From: Hydrurus foetidus
Lineage: Eukaryota
Assembly (NCBI GenBank): GCA_900617105.1
Contig: UYFQ01000001.1
Coordinates: 4,340,001 to 4,404,000 of the forward strand
Direction of reading: 5' to 3'
Length of the DNA stretch: 64,000 bases
Below the pieces are notes generated by a model. It saw nothing but the letters and a program-made list of their open reading frames with translations. It was not told where the DNA came from and ran no database searches. This document shows positions 11,499 through 20,477 of this stretch, one piece after another. The position numbers were made by a program, and so were the translations under genes. Position 1 is the first letter of the stretch, and every line of letters begins with the position of its first letter.

Positions 11499-12497
11499 AT
11501 GCCCGCTGTTCTGTCTATCGACAACTTGCCTCTGCCCAAGCGCGAAGTCGCCTGGCGCGATGCGGTGTGCGACACCTTTGTGCGACTTGAGTGCAAGCCC
11601 GAGCCGCACGCACCGTTGCACGGGCGACTGGAGGCAGGCACGGTGGGCGCGCTGCACATCGCGCGTGTTACCGCATCACCCCAGCACGTTGAACGCACGG
11701 CCATTCGCGCAGCACAAGACGACCAAGCCTATGTGCTGATGAGCGTGCAGCTGCGCGGGCGCACGCTGGTGCGCCAAGGCGCAAGCGAGGCCATGCTGAC
11801 GCCAGGCTGCATTGCTTTTTATGACACCGCCCGGCCATACACCTTGACGCTGCCGGGCGACTTTGACCAGCTGGTGGTGCAAATACCGCGGCAAGCGCTG
11901 GCTGACAGCGTGCCACGTGGCTTGGCACACATGGCTAAGCGCCTGAATGCATCCAACCCGTTTGCGCAGGCTATTTTGGCGCTGGCCCCGCAGCTGCTGC
12001 GCATGGTTGATTCAGCCAGCCACGCCATGGCACAGCGCACAGCCGCTGCCGCGCAAGAGCTGATCAGCCTGGCGCTTGACTCGCTTGACGGCAACCTTGA
12101 TGCCAGTGCACCCACGGCTTCGGCGCAGCCAAGCGGCAAGTTGCACAGTAAAGCTGCACACGGCCCGGCTGCCGACGCATTGGCGTGGCGCACGCGCGAC
12201 TTGATTGGCCGCCAGTTAGACGACACCGCGCTGACACCGCGCCTGCTGGCCGCGCAGGTGTGCGTGTCGCTGCGGCGCTTGCAAGAGGTTTTTCAGGCGC
12301 AGGGCACCACGCTGTCTGATTGCATTTGGGACATGCGGCTGGAGTTTGCGCGCAGCCTGCTGGCGGCGCCTCATCAGGCCGAGTCGGTCAGCACCATCGC
12401 CTACCGCGCAGGTTTTAGTGATGTGGCGCATTTCAGCCGACGCTTCAAGCAGCGCTATGGTGTGCCGCCCAGTGCTTATCGCAGTACGTTGAGCTAA
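11499..12497 (+). CDS. AraC-family regulator (NitR-like), divergent from the nitrilase
   Basis: C-terminal IAYRAGFSDVAHFSRRFKQRYG. Confidence 0.9.
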   Translation: MPAVLSIDNLPLPKREVAWRDAVCDTFVRLECKPEPHAPLHGRLEAGTVGALHIARVTASPQHVERTAIRAAQDDQAYVLMSVQLRGRTLVRQGASEAMLTPGCIAFYDTARPYTLTLPGDFDQLVVQIPRQALADSVPRGLAHMAKRLNASNPFAQAILALAPQLLRMVDSASHAMAQRTAAAAQELISLALDSLDGNLDASAPTASAQPSGKLHSKAAHGPAADALAWRTRDLIGRQLDDTALTPRLLAAQVCVSLRRLQEVFQAQGTTLSDCIWDMRLEFARSLLAAPHQAESVSTIAYRAGFSDVAHFSRRFKQRYGVPPSAYRSTLS

Positions 12498-12518
12498 TTT
12501 GCCGGGGCGGGTGTTTTT

Positions 12519-12568
12519 TGCTATTAATTAAATAGCTGCTCGCGCCCGTATTTATTGGCCTGAAGGCC
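12519..12568 (+). repeat. REP-like family copy
   Basis: TGCTATTAATTAAATAGCTGCTCGCGCCCGTATTTATTGGCCTGAAGGCC. Confidence 0.92.
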
Positions 12569-12630
12569 AAATTTAATGCAAAAAACGCCCTAAAACAGGC
12601 ATTTGTAAGCGAATTAACTTCGGATCTTTT

Positions 12631-13746
12631 TCAGCCTCTGGTTTGCTGATAAGCCCAAGTCAGCCAGTGCATCAGCGCCTGCAAGTCAGTAGCCTCAACG
12701 GTGGCGCCGCACCAAATACGCAGGCCAGCAGGCGCATCTTTGTACGCGCCAATGTCGTAAGCCACGCCTTCGGCGTCAAGCAGCGCCACCATTTTTTTAA
12801 CTTGTTCAGCTGTGGCCTTTAACGTCATGCAAACGCTGGTGTTAGACACCGTTGCCGGGTCTTTTGCCAGAAATGCAATCCAGTCATTAACTGCCACAAA
12901 GTCTTCAATCACCTTCAAATTGGCCCGGCTTTTTGCAATCAAACCCGGCAAGCCGCCAATGCTGTTGGCCCACTGCAGCGCATCAAGGTAGTCAGCCACG
13001 CACAACATCGACGGCGTGTTGATCGTGTCGCCCTTGAACAAACCCTCGTTCAATTTGCCATTCGCCGTCATGCGAAAAACCTTGGGCATGGGCCAGGGCG
13101 GCGTGTAGGCCTCTAGTCGCTCAACCGCACGCGGGCTCAATATCAGCATGCCGTGCGCGCCTTCACCACCCAACACTTTTTGCCACGAATAAGTGATCAC
13201 GTCCAGCTTGTGCCAAGGCATGTCCATGGCAAAGATGGCCGATGTGGCGTCGCACAGCGTCAGCCCGGCGCGATCATCGGGAATCCAGTCGCCGTTCGGC
13301 ACCTTGACGCCTGACGTCGTGCCGTTCCACACAAACACCACATCGTTGTCAAAATTCACGCTGGCCAAGTCAGGCAAGTCGCCATAGTCAGCCTTGATCA
13401 CCCGCGTGTTCGGCAACTTGAGCTGCTCAAGAATGTCGTTCGTCCAGGTGGCGCTGAAGGTTTCCCATTCCAGCACATCCACTCCGCGCGGCCCCAGCAG
13501 CGACCACATCGCCATTTCAATCGCGCCCGTGTCAGAACCCGGCACCACCGCGACGCGGTAGCCAGCAGGCAGCCCGAGAATGCGCGCCGTCTCACTGCAC
13601 ACCAAACCCAGTGCTTTTTTGCCGATAGCAGAGCGGTGCGAGCGGCCCAGCGTGTCGAGCTGCAGCTTGCTCACGTCATAGCCGGGGCGCTTGGCGCATG
13701 GGCCTGAGGAGAAGTTGGGGTTTTGGGGTTTTAGGGTGGGTTGCAT
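12631..13746 (-). CDS. serC: Phosphoserine aminotransferase
   Basis: [30 protein letters not shown] and TINTPS motifs. Confidence 0.92.
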   Translation of the reverse strand: MQPTLKPQNPNFSSGPCAKRPGYDVSKLQLDTLGRSHRSAIGKKALGLVCSETARILGLPAGYRVAVVPGSDTGAIEMAMWSLLGPRGVDVLEWETFSATWTNDILEQLKLPNTRVIKADYGDLPDLASVNFDNDVVFVWNGTTSGVKVPNGDWIPDDRAGLTLCDATSAIFAMDMPWHKLDVITYSWQKVLGGEGAHGMLILSPRAVERLEAYTPPWPMPKVFRMTANGKLNEGLFKGDTINTPSMLCVADYLDALQWANSIGGLPGLIAKSRANLKVIEDFVAVNDWIAFLAKDPATVSNTSVCMTLKATAEQVKKMVALLDAEGVAYDIGAYKDAPAGLRIWCGATVEATDLQALMHWLTWAYQQTRG

Positions 13747-13859
13747 GGGGGTTTCTTCGTAAGTCCATGAAGAATTTTCGGGCAGTTCCGAATGCTGCGG
13801 TTGGTTTGTTATCTTAGCAAGGGAGGGGCAGGTGTAGTGCGGGTGCTAAATGTACGGGG

Positions 13860-13943
13860 GTAGGGCGGGCTAGCGAAGCGTAATCAGACGGATGTTTTGG
13901 TGTTCTGGCGCAGGTCGGGTTACGCTACGCTGAACCGACCTAC
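13860..13943. repeat. GTAG-type REP doublet (inverted pair)
   Basis: GTAGGGCGGGCTAGCGAAGCGTAATC ... GGGTTACGCTACGCTGAACCGACCTAC; a related partial copy lies near 21753. Confidence 0.75.
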
Positions 13944-14030
13944 AGGGCGATGAGTTTGATTTGTGGTGTATCCTGCCGTGCTTGATGAAGGCTCAATCAC
14001 GCGGGTCATCTCAAGCTCTAAGGGGGAAGC

Positions 14031-14423
14031 ATGGGTCTAACCGATTGGTTTTCAGCAACATCAAGGAAGAGTGCAGCAGCCGCGTCTGTCGAGGCCTATC
14101 TTGAAATATGTCAACGACAAGGTTTATTCGCTGGCAACCCCGCTCAAACAGCCAACAAGTTAATTGAAGCTGCCAGCACCGAAGCGCCGTCACTGGTCAA
14201 GGGCCGCTTCAGACCGATGGTTTTTGCGTCCGGCGCACTTGCGATAACCGTGACCAACCTTGAAGACAACTATCCCGCTCGTTCCTTGTACGCAATGGCG
14301 CTGAGTGCAATGATGAAGGGGGCATTGGTCGAAGACCGGTTAACTTCTGCGGACATGCGAATTCTTGAGGGCTGTGAACTTGTGCTACGCCGATTTAACG
14401 AACAGCCCAGTCCTATCCTTTAA
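14031..14423 (+). CDS. Hypothetical protein
   Basis: 130-aa ORF with GGGGGAAG RBS; no family recognised. Confidence 0.7.
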   Translation: MGLTDWFSATSRKSAAAASVEAYLEICQRQGLFAGNPAQTANKLIEAASTEAPSLVKGRFRPMVFASGALAITVTNLEDNYPARSLYAMALSAMMKGALVEDRLTSADMRILEGCELVLRRFNEQPSPIL

Positions 14424-14468
14424 GTGCAAACAATCTTGCTACCCCCACAATTCAACAAGAAAGAATCC

Positions 14469-14774
14469 ATGTTCAATAACAAACTGGCCGTACTCGCTAT
14501 CGTTTTTCTGTCTGGTTGCCAAGCAGCCATATACGGCACCGCATCCGACTTCGACAAGTTGTCACTTGGAATGACCAAGGCGCAGGTTATTCAAACTCTT
14601 GGCTCTCCAGTGTCAGTAAGTGCGGACGGAGACAAGGGTGAGGAATACTTAATCTACAAGCGCATGAAGCATGCTGTCTCCGCATGGTCTAGGACTTATT
14701 CGGTAACCCTCCGTGGTGGCAAGGTTGTTAAGTACGGTGAACAGTACGACGAAAAGAATATCAATATTTTTTGA
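14469..14774 (+). CDS. Small lipoprotein (SmpA/OmlA-like fold)
   Basis: Lipobox LSGC; LSLGMTKAQVIQTLGSP motif. Confidence 0.75.
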   Translation: MFNNKLAVLAIVFLSGCQAAIYGTASDFDKLSLGMTKAQVIQTLGSPVSVSADGDKGEEYLIYKRMKHAVSAWSRTYSVTLRGGKVVKYGEQYDEKNINIF

Positions 14775-14869
14775 CCCTGCGCGGCAACGGGGTCAGATAC
14801 CGTCTTGCAATGCAACATTGCTCTGCCCGATATCCCCACATGACAAGACTCTCAAGTGCCGCCCAGCTC

Positions 14870-15080
14870 ACTATCAATAAAGTAGCTGCTTGCGCCCGTA
14901 TCCATTGGTCTAGGGCCATTTTTCGCACCTAGAAACGGCTCAAAAAGGCAGTTTTCAAGCAAACAAACGCTCTTTTGAGGCTACTTCAAGCCATTTTTAA
15001 GCCTCAAGAAGACATTTTTACCCATTAAATCAGCCTCTAGACCAATAAATACGTGCGCAAGAAGCTACGAAATAAATAGC
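14870..15080. repeat. REPIN-like element: two inverted REP copies plus spacer
   Basis: Inverted REP pair; spacer closely similar to that of 15871-16080. Confidence 0.9.
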
Positions 15081-15222
15081 ATCTTGAAGTCGCAAATTGC
15101 GACTTCAAGTGGATGAACTTTTGTTGGCTGAGCATGAACATGAAGCCCGGTTGAAACGCCTCCAAATTCTGGCCGACCAAAACTTGAAGGTCACATCTTC
15201 AAATTGATCGGCCATCAAATTA

Positions 15223-15238
15223 CTGTACATAAATACAG
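15223..15238. promoter_or_regulatory. LexA (SOS) box
   Basis: CTGTACATAAATACAG = CTGT-N8-ACAG, ~40 bp before the ORF6N gene. Confidence 0.85.
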
Positions 15239-15276
15239 TTATTTGATAAAATGCAACGCTAACTTGGGAGCGCAGC

Positions 15277-15822
15277 ATGAACCAATCGACAGATGCCATA
15301 TCCGCGCAGGCTTTGGCTGGGCGTATCGTGGTGATTCGCGGGCATAGGGTGTTGCTGGACTCGGATTTGGCTGAGTTGTATGAGGTAAAGACAAAGCGAT
15401 TCAATGAACAAGTCCGTCGCAACCTCAATCGCTTCCCGCCTGACTTCATGTTTAGCCTGACGCAGGCGGAGTTCGAAAGTTTGAGGTCGCAAATTGCGAC
15501 CTCAAACCGTGGCGGCCGCCGTTACCTGCCTATGGCCTTCACCGAGCATGGCGCCATCATGGCCGCTAGCGTTCTCAACTCAGACCGGGCAGTACAGATG
15601 AGCGTTTACGTGGTGCGTGCCTTTGTCCAGTTACGTACGATGCTGCTGGACCACAAGGCGCTGGCCGACAAGCTGGCCAGCCTGGAGCGGCGGGTGTCGC
15701 ATCATGACAATTCATTGGCTGAGGTGATTGAAGCCATTCGCGCGCTGATGGTGCAGCCCAAGCCCGCCAGTCGCCCGATTGGCTTTACGGCTGATGTGAC
15801 TGGGAAGCCTGCCAAGCGGTAA
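15277..15822 (+). CDS. ORF6N-domain DNA-binding protein
   Basis: RGHRVLLDSDLAELYEV, RNLNRFPPDFMF and AFTEHGA motifs. Confidence 0.9.
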   Translation: MNQSTDAISAQALAGRIVVIRGHRVLLDSDLAELYEVKTKRFNEQVRRNLNRFPPDFMFSLTQAEFESLRSQIATSNRGGRRYLPMAFTEHGAIMAASVLNSDRAVQMSVYVVRAFVQLRTMLLDHKALADKLASLERRVSHHDNSLAEVIEAIRALMVQPKPASRPIGFTADVTGKPAKR

Positions 15823-15870
15823 TTTTGCCTGCACGACGGACTTGGCTTGGCAGCGAGGTTGAGTAGCTTT

Positions 15871-16080
15871 ACTATTAATAAAGTAGCTGCTTACGCCCGT
15901 ATCCATTGGCCTGGAGCCACTTTTGGCACCTAAAAACGGCTCTAAAAAGCAGTTTCCAAGCAAACAAACGCTCTTTTGAAGCTAATTCAACCAATTTTTA
16001 CGCCCCAAGAAGGCGTTTTTAATCATCAAATCAGCCTCTAGAGCAATGAAAACGTGCGTGAGAAGCTATCAAAATAATAC
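15871..16080. repeat. REPIN-like element, direct repeat of 14870-15080
   Basis: Shared spacer segment CAAGCAAACAAACGCTCTTTTGA. Confidence 0.9.
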
Positions 16081-16213
16081 CGAATTGAAGCAATGAGAAG
16101 ACGTAAGTGATGCGGCGTTGGCGCTGATTGTGTATTTGGGCCAAGTCAAGTTAAATGGTCAAGCTCAGGGTTGATGGCTGGTGTGCAAAATCAGCCGAGC
16201 AGAAGGAAGCACC

Positions 16214-17620
16214 ATGCTTGAAAAATTCGATGCGATTGTGATTGGTGCGGGCCAGGCTGGCCCGGCGCTGGCAGTGAGGTGCGGCAAGGAAGGGCTTAAG
16301 ACCGCCCTGATTGAGAGACATCATTTTGGCGGCACGTGCGTCAACAACGGTTGCGTGCCAACCAAGAGCATGGTGGCCAGTGCGCGCGTGGCGCATGTGG
16401 CGCGCCATGCAAGCGATTTTGGTGTGATGCTGGACGCGCCAATGCGGGTAGACATGGCGCGGGTCATGGCGCGCAAAGATGCGATCGTGCTGCAATCGCG
16501 CAGTGGCGTGCGCAGCTGGCTGGACGGCGCAAAAAACGTCACAGTGCTTGAAGGGCAGGCCATCTTCAGTGGCCCGCATACCGTGCGTGTTGACGCGCGT
16601 GAGCTTGAAGCGCCGCGCATTTTTATCAACGTGGGCGGCCGGGCCGCCGAGCCAGACATGCCGGGCATTGCCGATGTGCCGCACTTGAACAACGCACGCA
16701 TCATGCACCTGACCGAGCTGCCCGAGCACCTGATTGTGGTCGGCGGCAGCTACATTGGCCTGGAGTTTGCGCAAATGTACCGGCGCTTTGGCAGCCGGGT
16801 GACGGTGGTTGAAAGCGGCCCGCGGCTGATTGGCCGTGAGGATGCGGATGTGTCTGAGGCCATTCGCGCCGTATTGGCGGGCGAGGGGATCGAGTTTCGG
16901 CTGAACGCGACTTGTATCGGGCTTGAGCGGCACGGGCAGGGTGTTGCCGTTACTGCCAGTTGCACGGCGGGCGAGCCGCACATTGACGGCTCGCACATTT
17001 TGATGGCCACCGGGCGCGTGCCCAATACGCACGACTTGGGTTTGGAAGCGGCGGGCGTGCAGTTAGATGCGAAAGGTTACGTGGTGGTGGGCGAGGATTT
17101 GCAGACCAATGTGGCGGGCGTGTACGCGCTGGGTGACTGCAATGGCCGCGGTGCCTTTACCCACACCAGCTGGAACGACTACGAAATAGTTGCCAGCAAT
17201 TTGTTCGACGATCTATCAGGCGACCTAGCCCGAAAAGTCAGCGACCGCATTCCCGCCTACGCGCTGTTTGTAGACCCACCGCTGGGGCGCGTGGGCCTGA
17301 CGCACGCGCAGGTGCAGGCCACTGGTCGGCCCGCGTTGACCGCAAAGCTGATGATGACCAAGGTAGGCCGTGCCAAAGAGATGGGCGAAACCGCAGGCTT
17401 CATGAAGATAGCGGTGGACGCTGAGACGCATCACATTCTTGGCGCAGCGATTTTCGGCGTGCGCGGGGACGAGGTGGTGCAAGCTGTGCTGGAAGTGATG
17501 GCGGCCAAGCAGCCGTACACCGTTATCACGCGTGGCATGCATATTCACCCAACGGTGACTGAAATGTTGCCCACGCTGCTGGAAGGTTTGAAGCCGATGG
17601 AACAAGGCGCGGCTAGTTAA
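16214..17620 (+). CDS. FAD-dependent pyridine nucleotide-disulfide oxidoreductase
   Basis: GAGQAG, GGTCVNNGCVPTK and HIHPTVTE motifs. Confidence 0.88.
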   Translation: MLEKFDAIVIGAGQAGPALAVRCGKEGLKTALIERHHFGGTCVNNGCVPTKSMVASARVAHVARHASDFGVMLDAPMRVDMARVMARKDAIVLQSRSGVRSWLDGAKNVTVLEGQAIFSGPHTVRVDARELEAPRIFINVGGRAAEPDMPGIADVPHLNNARIMHLTELPEHLIVVGGSYIGLEFAQMYRRFGSRVTVVESGPRLIGREDADVSEAIRAVLAGEGIEFRLNATCIGLERHGQGVAVTASCTAGEPHIDGSHILMATGRVPNTHDLGLEAAGVQLDAKGYVVVGEDLQTNVAGVYALGDCNGRGAFTHTSWNDYEIVASNLFDDLSGDLARKVSDRIPAYALFVDPPLGRVGLTHAQVQATGRPALTAKLMMTKVGRAKEMGETAGFMKIAVDAETHHILGAAIFGVRGDEVVQAVLEVMAAKQPYTVITRGMHIHPTVTEMLPTLLEGLKPMEQGAAS

Positions 17621-17664
17621 GCCGTAGGCCAAGCCAGCTCGTGCACGGTGATTGACCTGGCGGT

Positions 17665-18807
17665 TTATGGAATTGCCGATGGCTTGGTTACTTGCTTCAT
17701 CAAGTTGTCGTCCCATTTGCCACCATCAACTTTGATGTGGGCTGCTGCGCCCAGCAAAACTGCTTCGATGAGGTTGTGTGACAAATAGACGTAAGTGCCT
17801 GGCTGTTTGAACTTATAGGTGAACGCCCCAGCTGATCCCGCTGCGATGACCCAGCTCTCCAGCCCGGTCGCCGGTTTATCGGCCAGATTGCCGCGTTCCC
17901 ACACATAGTCGCCGTGGCCGCCAATCAGGTGGGGATACGACGGCCTGTTGGCCTGCGCATGTATGAAAAAAACGGTCTCGCCTACTTTAGCCGTCATGGC
18001 ATTCGCGCCGGTCAGTGCGCCTTTCGCCCCGCTAAACACCACATGGGTGGGCACCAGCCCCGCCATGACCTTGAGGTCATCGCCGAACGAGGAGATCGGG
18101 TCTGGATAGCGCTTGTAGTTGCCGTCAGCATCTTTAGGAAGGTAATAGTCCTGCTCGCCAATGTAGTAGGCGCGGTCGTAGCGCAGAGGCTTACCCAGGT
18201 CATCCCGCAGCCCCGCTTTCGGCAGCACGAGCACCGCCCCATTCATGCCGTGAACCACATGCCACGGGGTCATCTGCCCACCTGGGGCGCAGTGGTAGAC
18301 AAACGTGCCGGGCTTGATGGCTTTCCAGCGCAAGACCACCTGCTCGCCTGGCTGGACATTGGTGAGCTCGCCGCCGCCCAATGCGCCTGTGGCCGCATGG
18401 AAATCCACGTTGTGCGGGAGCTGATTGGTCTTGGGGTTGACCAGCGTGAGCTCGACATCGTCTCCTTCATGCACCACGATGAGCGGACCAGGTACGCTGC
18501 CGTTAAAGGTAAAAGCCCAAACAAACACGCCAGGTTCGACTTCAATCTCTTTTTCTTCAATCACCATTTTTACTTCAACGATGCGGGGTTTGATTGAAGG
18601 GGCTTGGCTATGCATCGGCACGCCGGGCGGTTTGACCAGTTGCTGGACTACGCGCTCCAGACCTTTGATGTCTGGAGGCTTTCCAACGGACATGGGTTCT
18701 GCCGCTGGAGCAGGCAAAGCAGTCAGCATGCACGTTAAGGCTAGCGAAAGTGCAGCTAAGTTGAGGCGAAGGCGGGTCATGATCAGGCTCCTGTGCAAGG
18801 CTGACAT
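17665..18807 (-). CDS. nirK: Copper-containing nitrite reductase
   Basis: HNVDFH, YHCAP..WHVVHGM, PHLIGGH and SHNLIEA copper motifs; signal peptide; start uncertain. Confidence 0.95.
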   Translation of the reverse strand: MSALHRSLIMTRLRLNLAALSLALTCMLTALPAPAAEPMSVGKPPDIKGLERVVQQLVKPPGVPMHSQAPSIKPRIVEVKMVIEEKEIEVEPGVFVWAFTFNGSVPGPLIVVHEGDDVELTLVNPKTNQLPHNVDFHAATGALGGGELTNVQPGEQVVLRWKAIKPGTFVYHCAPGGQMTPWHVVHGMNGAVLVLPKAGLRDDLGKPLRYDRAYYIGEQDYYLPKDADGNYKRYPDPISSFGDDLKVMAGLVPTHVVFSGAKGALTGANAMTAKVGETVFFIHAQANRPSYPHLIGGHGDYVWERGNLADKPATGLESWVIAAGSAGAFTYKFKQPGTYVYLSHNLIEAVLLGAAAHIKVDGGKWDDNLMKQVTKPSAIP

Positions 18808-18877
18808 CCAGGATTTGGAAGCCCATCTTCTGTCTTTTGCACCGAATTTATGCTAACCGTGCCGCACCAAAAACAGT

Positions 18878-18891
18878 TTGATGTAGATCAA
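18878..18891. promoter_or_regulatory. FNR/DNR/NnrR box upstream of nirK
   Basis: TTGATGTAGATCAA = TTGAT-N4-ATCAA. Confidence 0.88.
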
Positions 18892-19017
18892 CAGCTGGCG
18901 ATGCAAGCTGCGGGCAGGCAGAGGGTGAGCGAGCGAAAAAACTGCAGGCAAAGCTACAAAAATGAGGTTTAAAAAAGTGTCACCTATCTTCTCAAAATAA
19001 CAATGCCGGGCGGATTC

Positions 19018-19060
19018 ACTATTAAAAAAATAGCTGTTCGCGCCTGTATTAATTGGGCTG
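19018..19060 (+). repeat. REP-like family copy
   Basis: ACTATTAAAAAAATAGCTGTTCGCGCCTGTATTAATTGGGCT. Confidence 0.85.
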
Positions 19061-19269
19061 GGTCAACCTGTCAGTCAAAGACAGCGCGCTGCAAACTGAG
19101 CTGCAGTCTGTGGCGATTCATGCGCCGATTCATGCGCCGAGAGAGGCTGCGTTTCTCGATGCGCTGGGGGATGAGCTTACTCGCATGACGTACTTTTTAA
19201 GCTTGCTGTCCCACTGACTGGTTTGCAAACCTGGCGCTGCCTGTTTTGGCCCACACCGGCACGGTGCGT

Positions 19270-20361
19270 TTAATGGCGCAGTAACTTTTGGGTTTGGGTT
19301 TGGCCTTGGCGCAGCGCGCTGGGTGTGACGCCAAACCAGCGCTTGGCGGTGCGGCTGAAGTTAGAGGTGTCCTGGTAGCCAAGCTGCTGGGCGATGTCTT
19401 CTACGCTTTGGCGCGTGTTCAGCAGCAACCAGCGTGCCCTGGTCTGTTGATGCACGTCTAGTAGTTTTTGAAACGAGCTGTTTTCTTGTGCCAAATGGCG
19501 GCTCAAGCTGCGTTCCGAGACGCCGCAGGCGGTGGCGACCGTGGTCAATTGTGGGTAGTGTCCGCTTGGGGTACGCGCTATCAATCCTGCTACCCGCTGC
19601 GACAGGCTTTGTACCTGCAGCTCTTGGAGCACCCCCTCACATTCTTGGCAGGCCGCGCTGTGCGCCTTCGCGTCAGCACCTAAACAGGACAGGCGCAATA
19701 CCGCTTTGGTCACTTGCAGCGCCAGCACTGGTTGACCAAAGCGAACGTCCAAACACAACAAGCGGGCGTACTGTGCTGCCCAGCGGGGCGCTACCAGCGG
19801 CAGATCCAATACCAAACCTGGCGGCAAACTGCCCAAAGCCGCCTGCAGCATACGCACCAGGGAGGCAGCCATCGCGTCCACCATGAAGGCATAAGCATCG
19901 CCCCAATCTAGCTGGGCAACTGCCTGCAAACTGGCACCGCCAGCAGTGGTTTGTAGCGTCCAAACGAAACTGTCCTCTCGCACAGCAAAGTAACGGGCAA
20001 CAATTTCCAGGGATTGCTGCACGGTAGGCGCGGTCACTGCTGCGTAACCCAAAGGGCCGTGCGCCGAGATGGGCACTAAAACGCCAAGCTCTAAGCCCAG
20101 CCAAGGTTTTTGCGTTGCTTGCATCGCGGCGCAGACAAAGCGAATCACAGTTGTTTGCGACAGCCGATGCTCATTTTTCAGCAAATCGTCCCATGACAAG
20201 GCTGCTGCCGCCAGCACCTCGTCACTGTCAGCCACCGTTTGTTGCAGCAGCATTCGCAGCAGTCGGGCATAAATGGGATGGACGGGGTTGGCTACGCTGG
20301 GTGGGTGCGTGCCAGCACCCGTGCCCTGGGGTTTCCCCGCGTTCTGATGCTGAATAGCCAT
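19270..20361 (-). CDS. AraC-family regulator, divergent from alkB
   Basis: HGPLGYA ligand-domain motif; IAQQLGYQDTSNFSRTAKRWFG; start uncertain. Confidence 0.88.
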   Translation of the reverse strand: MAIQHQNAGKPQGTGAGTHPPSVANPVHPIYARLLRMLLQQTVADSDEVLAAAALSWDDLLKNEHRLSQTTVIRFVCAAMQATQKPWLGLELGVLVPISAHGPLGYAAVTAPTVQQSLEIVARYFAVREDSFVWTLQTTAGGASLQAVAQLDWGDAYAFMVDAMAASLVRMLQAALGSLPPGLVLDLPLVAPRWAAQYARLLCLDVRFGQPVLALQVTKAVLRLSCLGADAKAHSAACQECEGVLQELQVQSLSQRVAGLIARTPSGHYPQLTTVATACGVSERSLSRHLAQENSSFQKLLDVHQQTRARWLLLNTRQSVEDIAQQLGYQDTSNFSRTAKRWFGVTPSALRQGQTQTQKLLRH

Positions 20362-20477
20362 GTTTGGCAGTTTAAGACGATCACTTGGCGGCACGATCGG
20401 TACAAACCCATGTGGAAACGTTGAATACTCAGAGCTGAGAACAGCTGCTTTGTTTAGATTTTTTTGAAGGATCGTTC

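Noticed and set aside
16151..17032. Long antisense ORFs (this one and many similar)
   Set aside because: Shadow frames of GC-rich genes with no recognisable motifs.
16214..17620. Mercuric reductase merA
   Set aside because: No C-terminal Cys-Cys pair, no N-terminal metal-binding domain and no mer genes nearby.
19114..19140. Tandem CGATTCATGCGC x2
   Set aside because: Only two units, with no supporting context.
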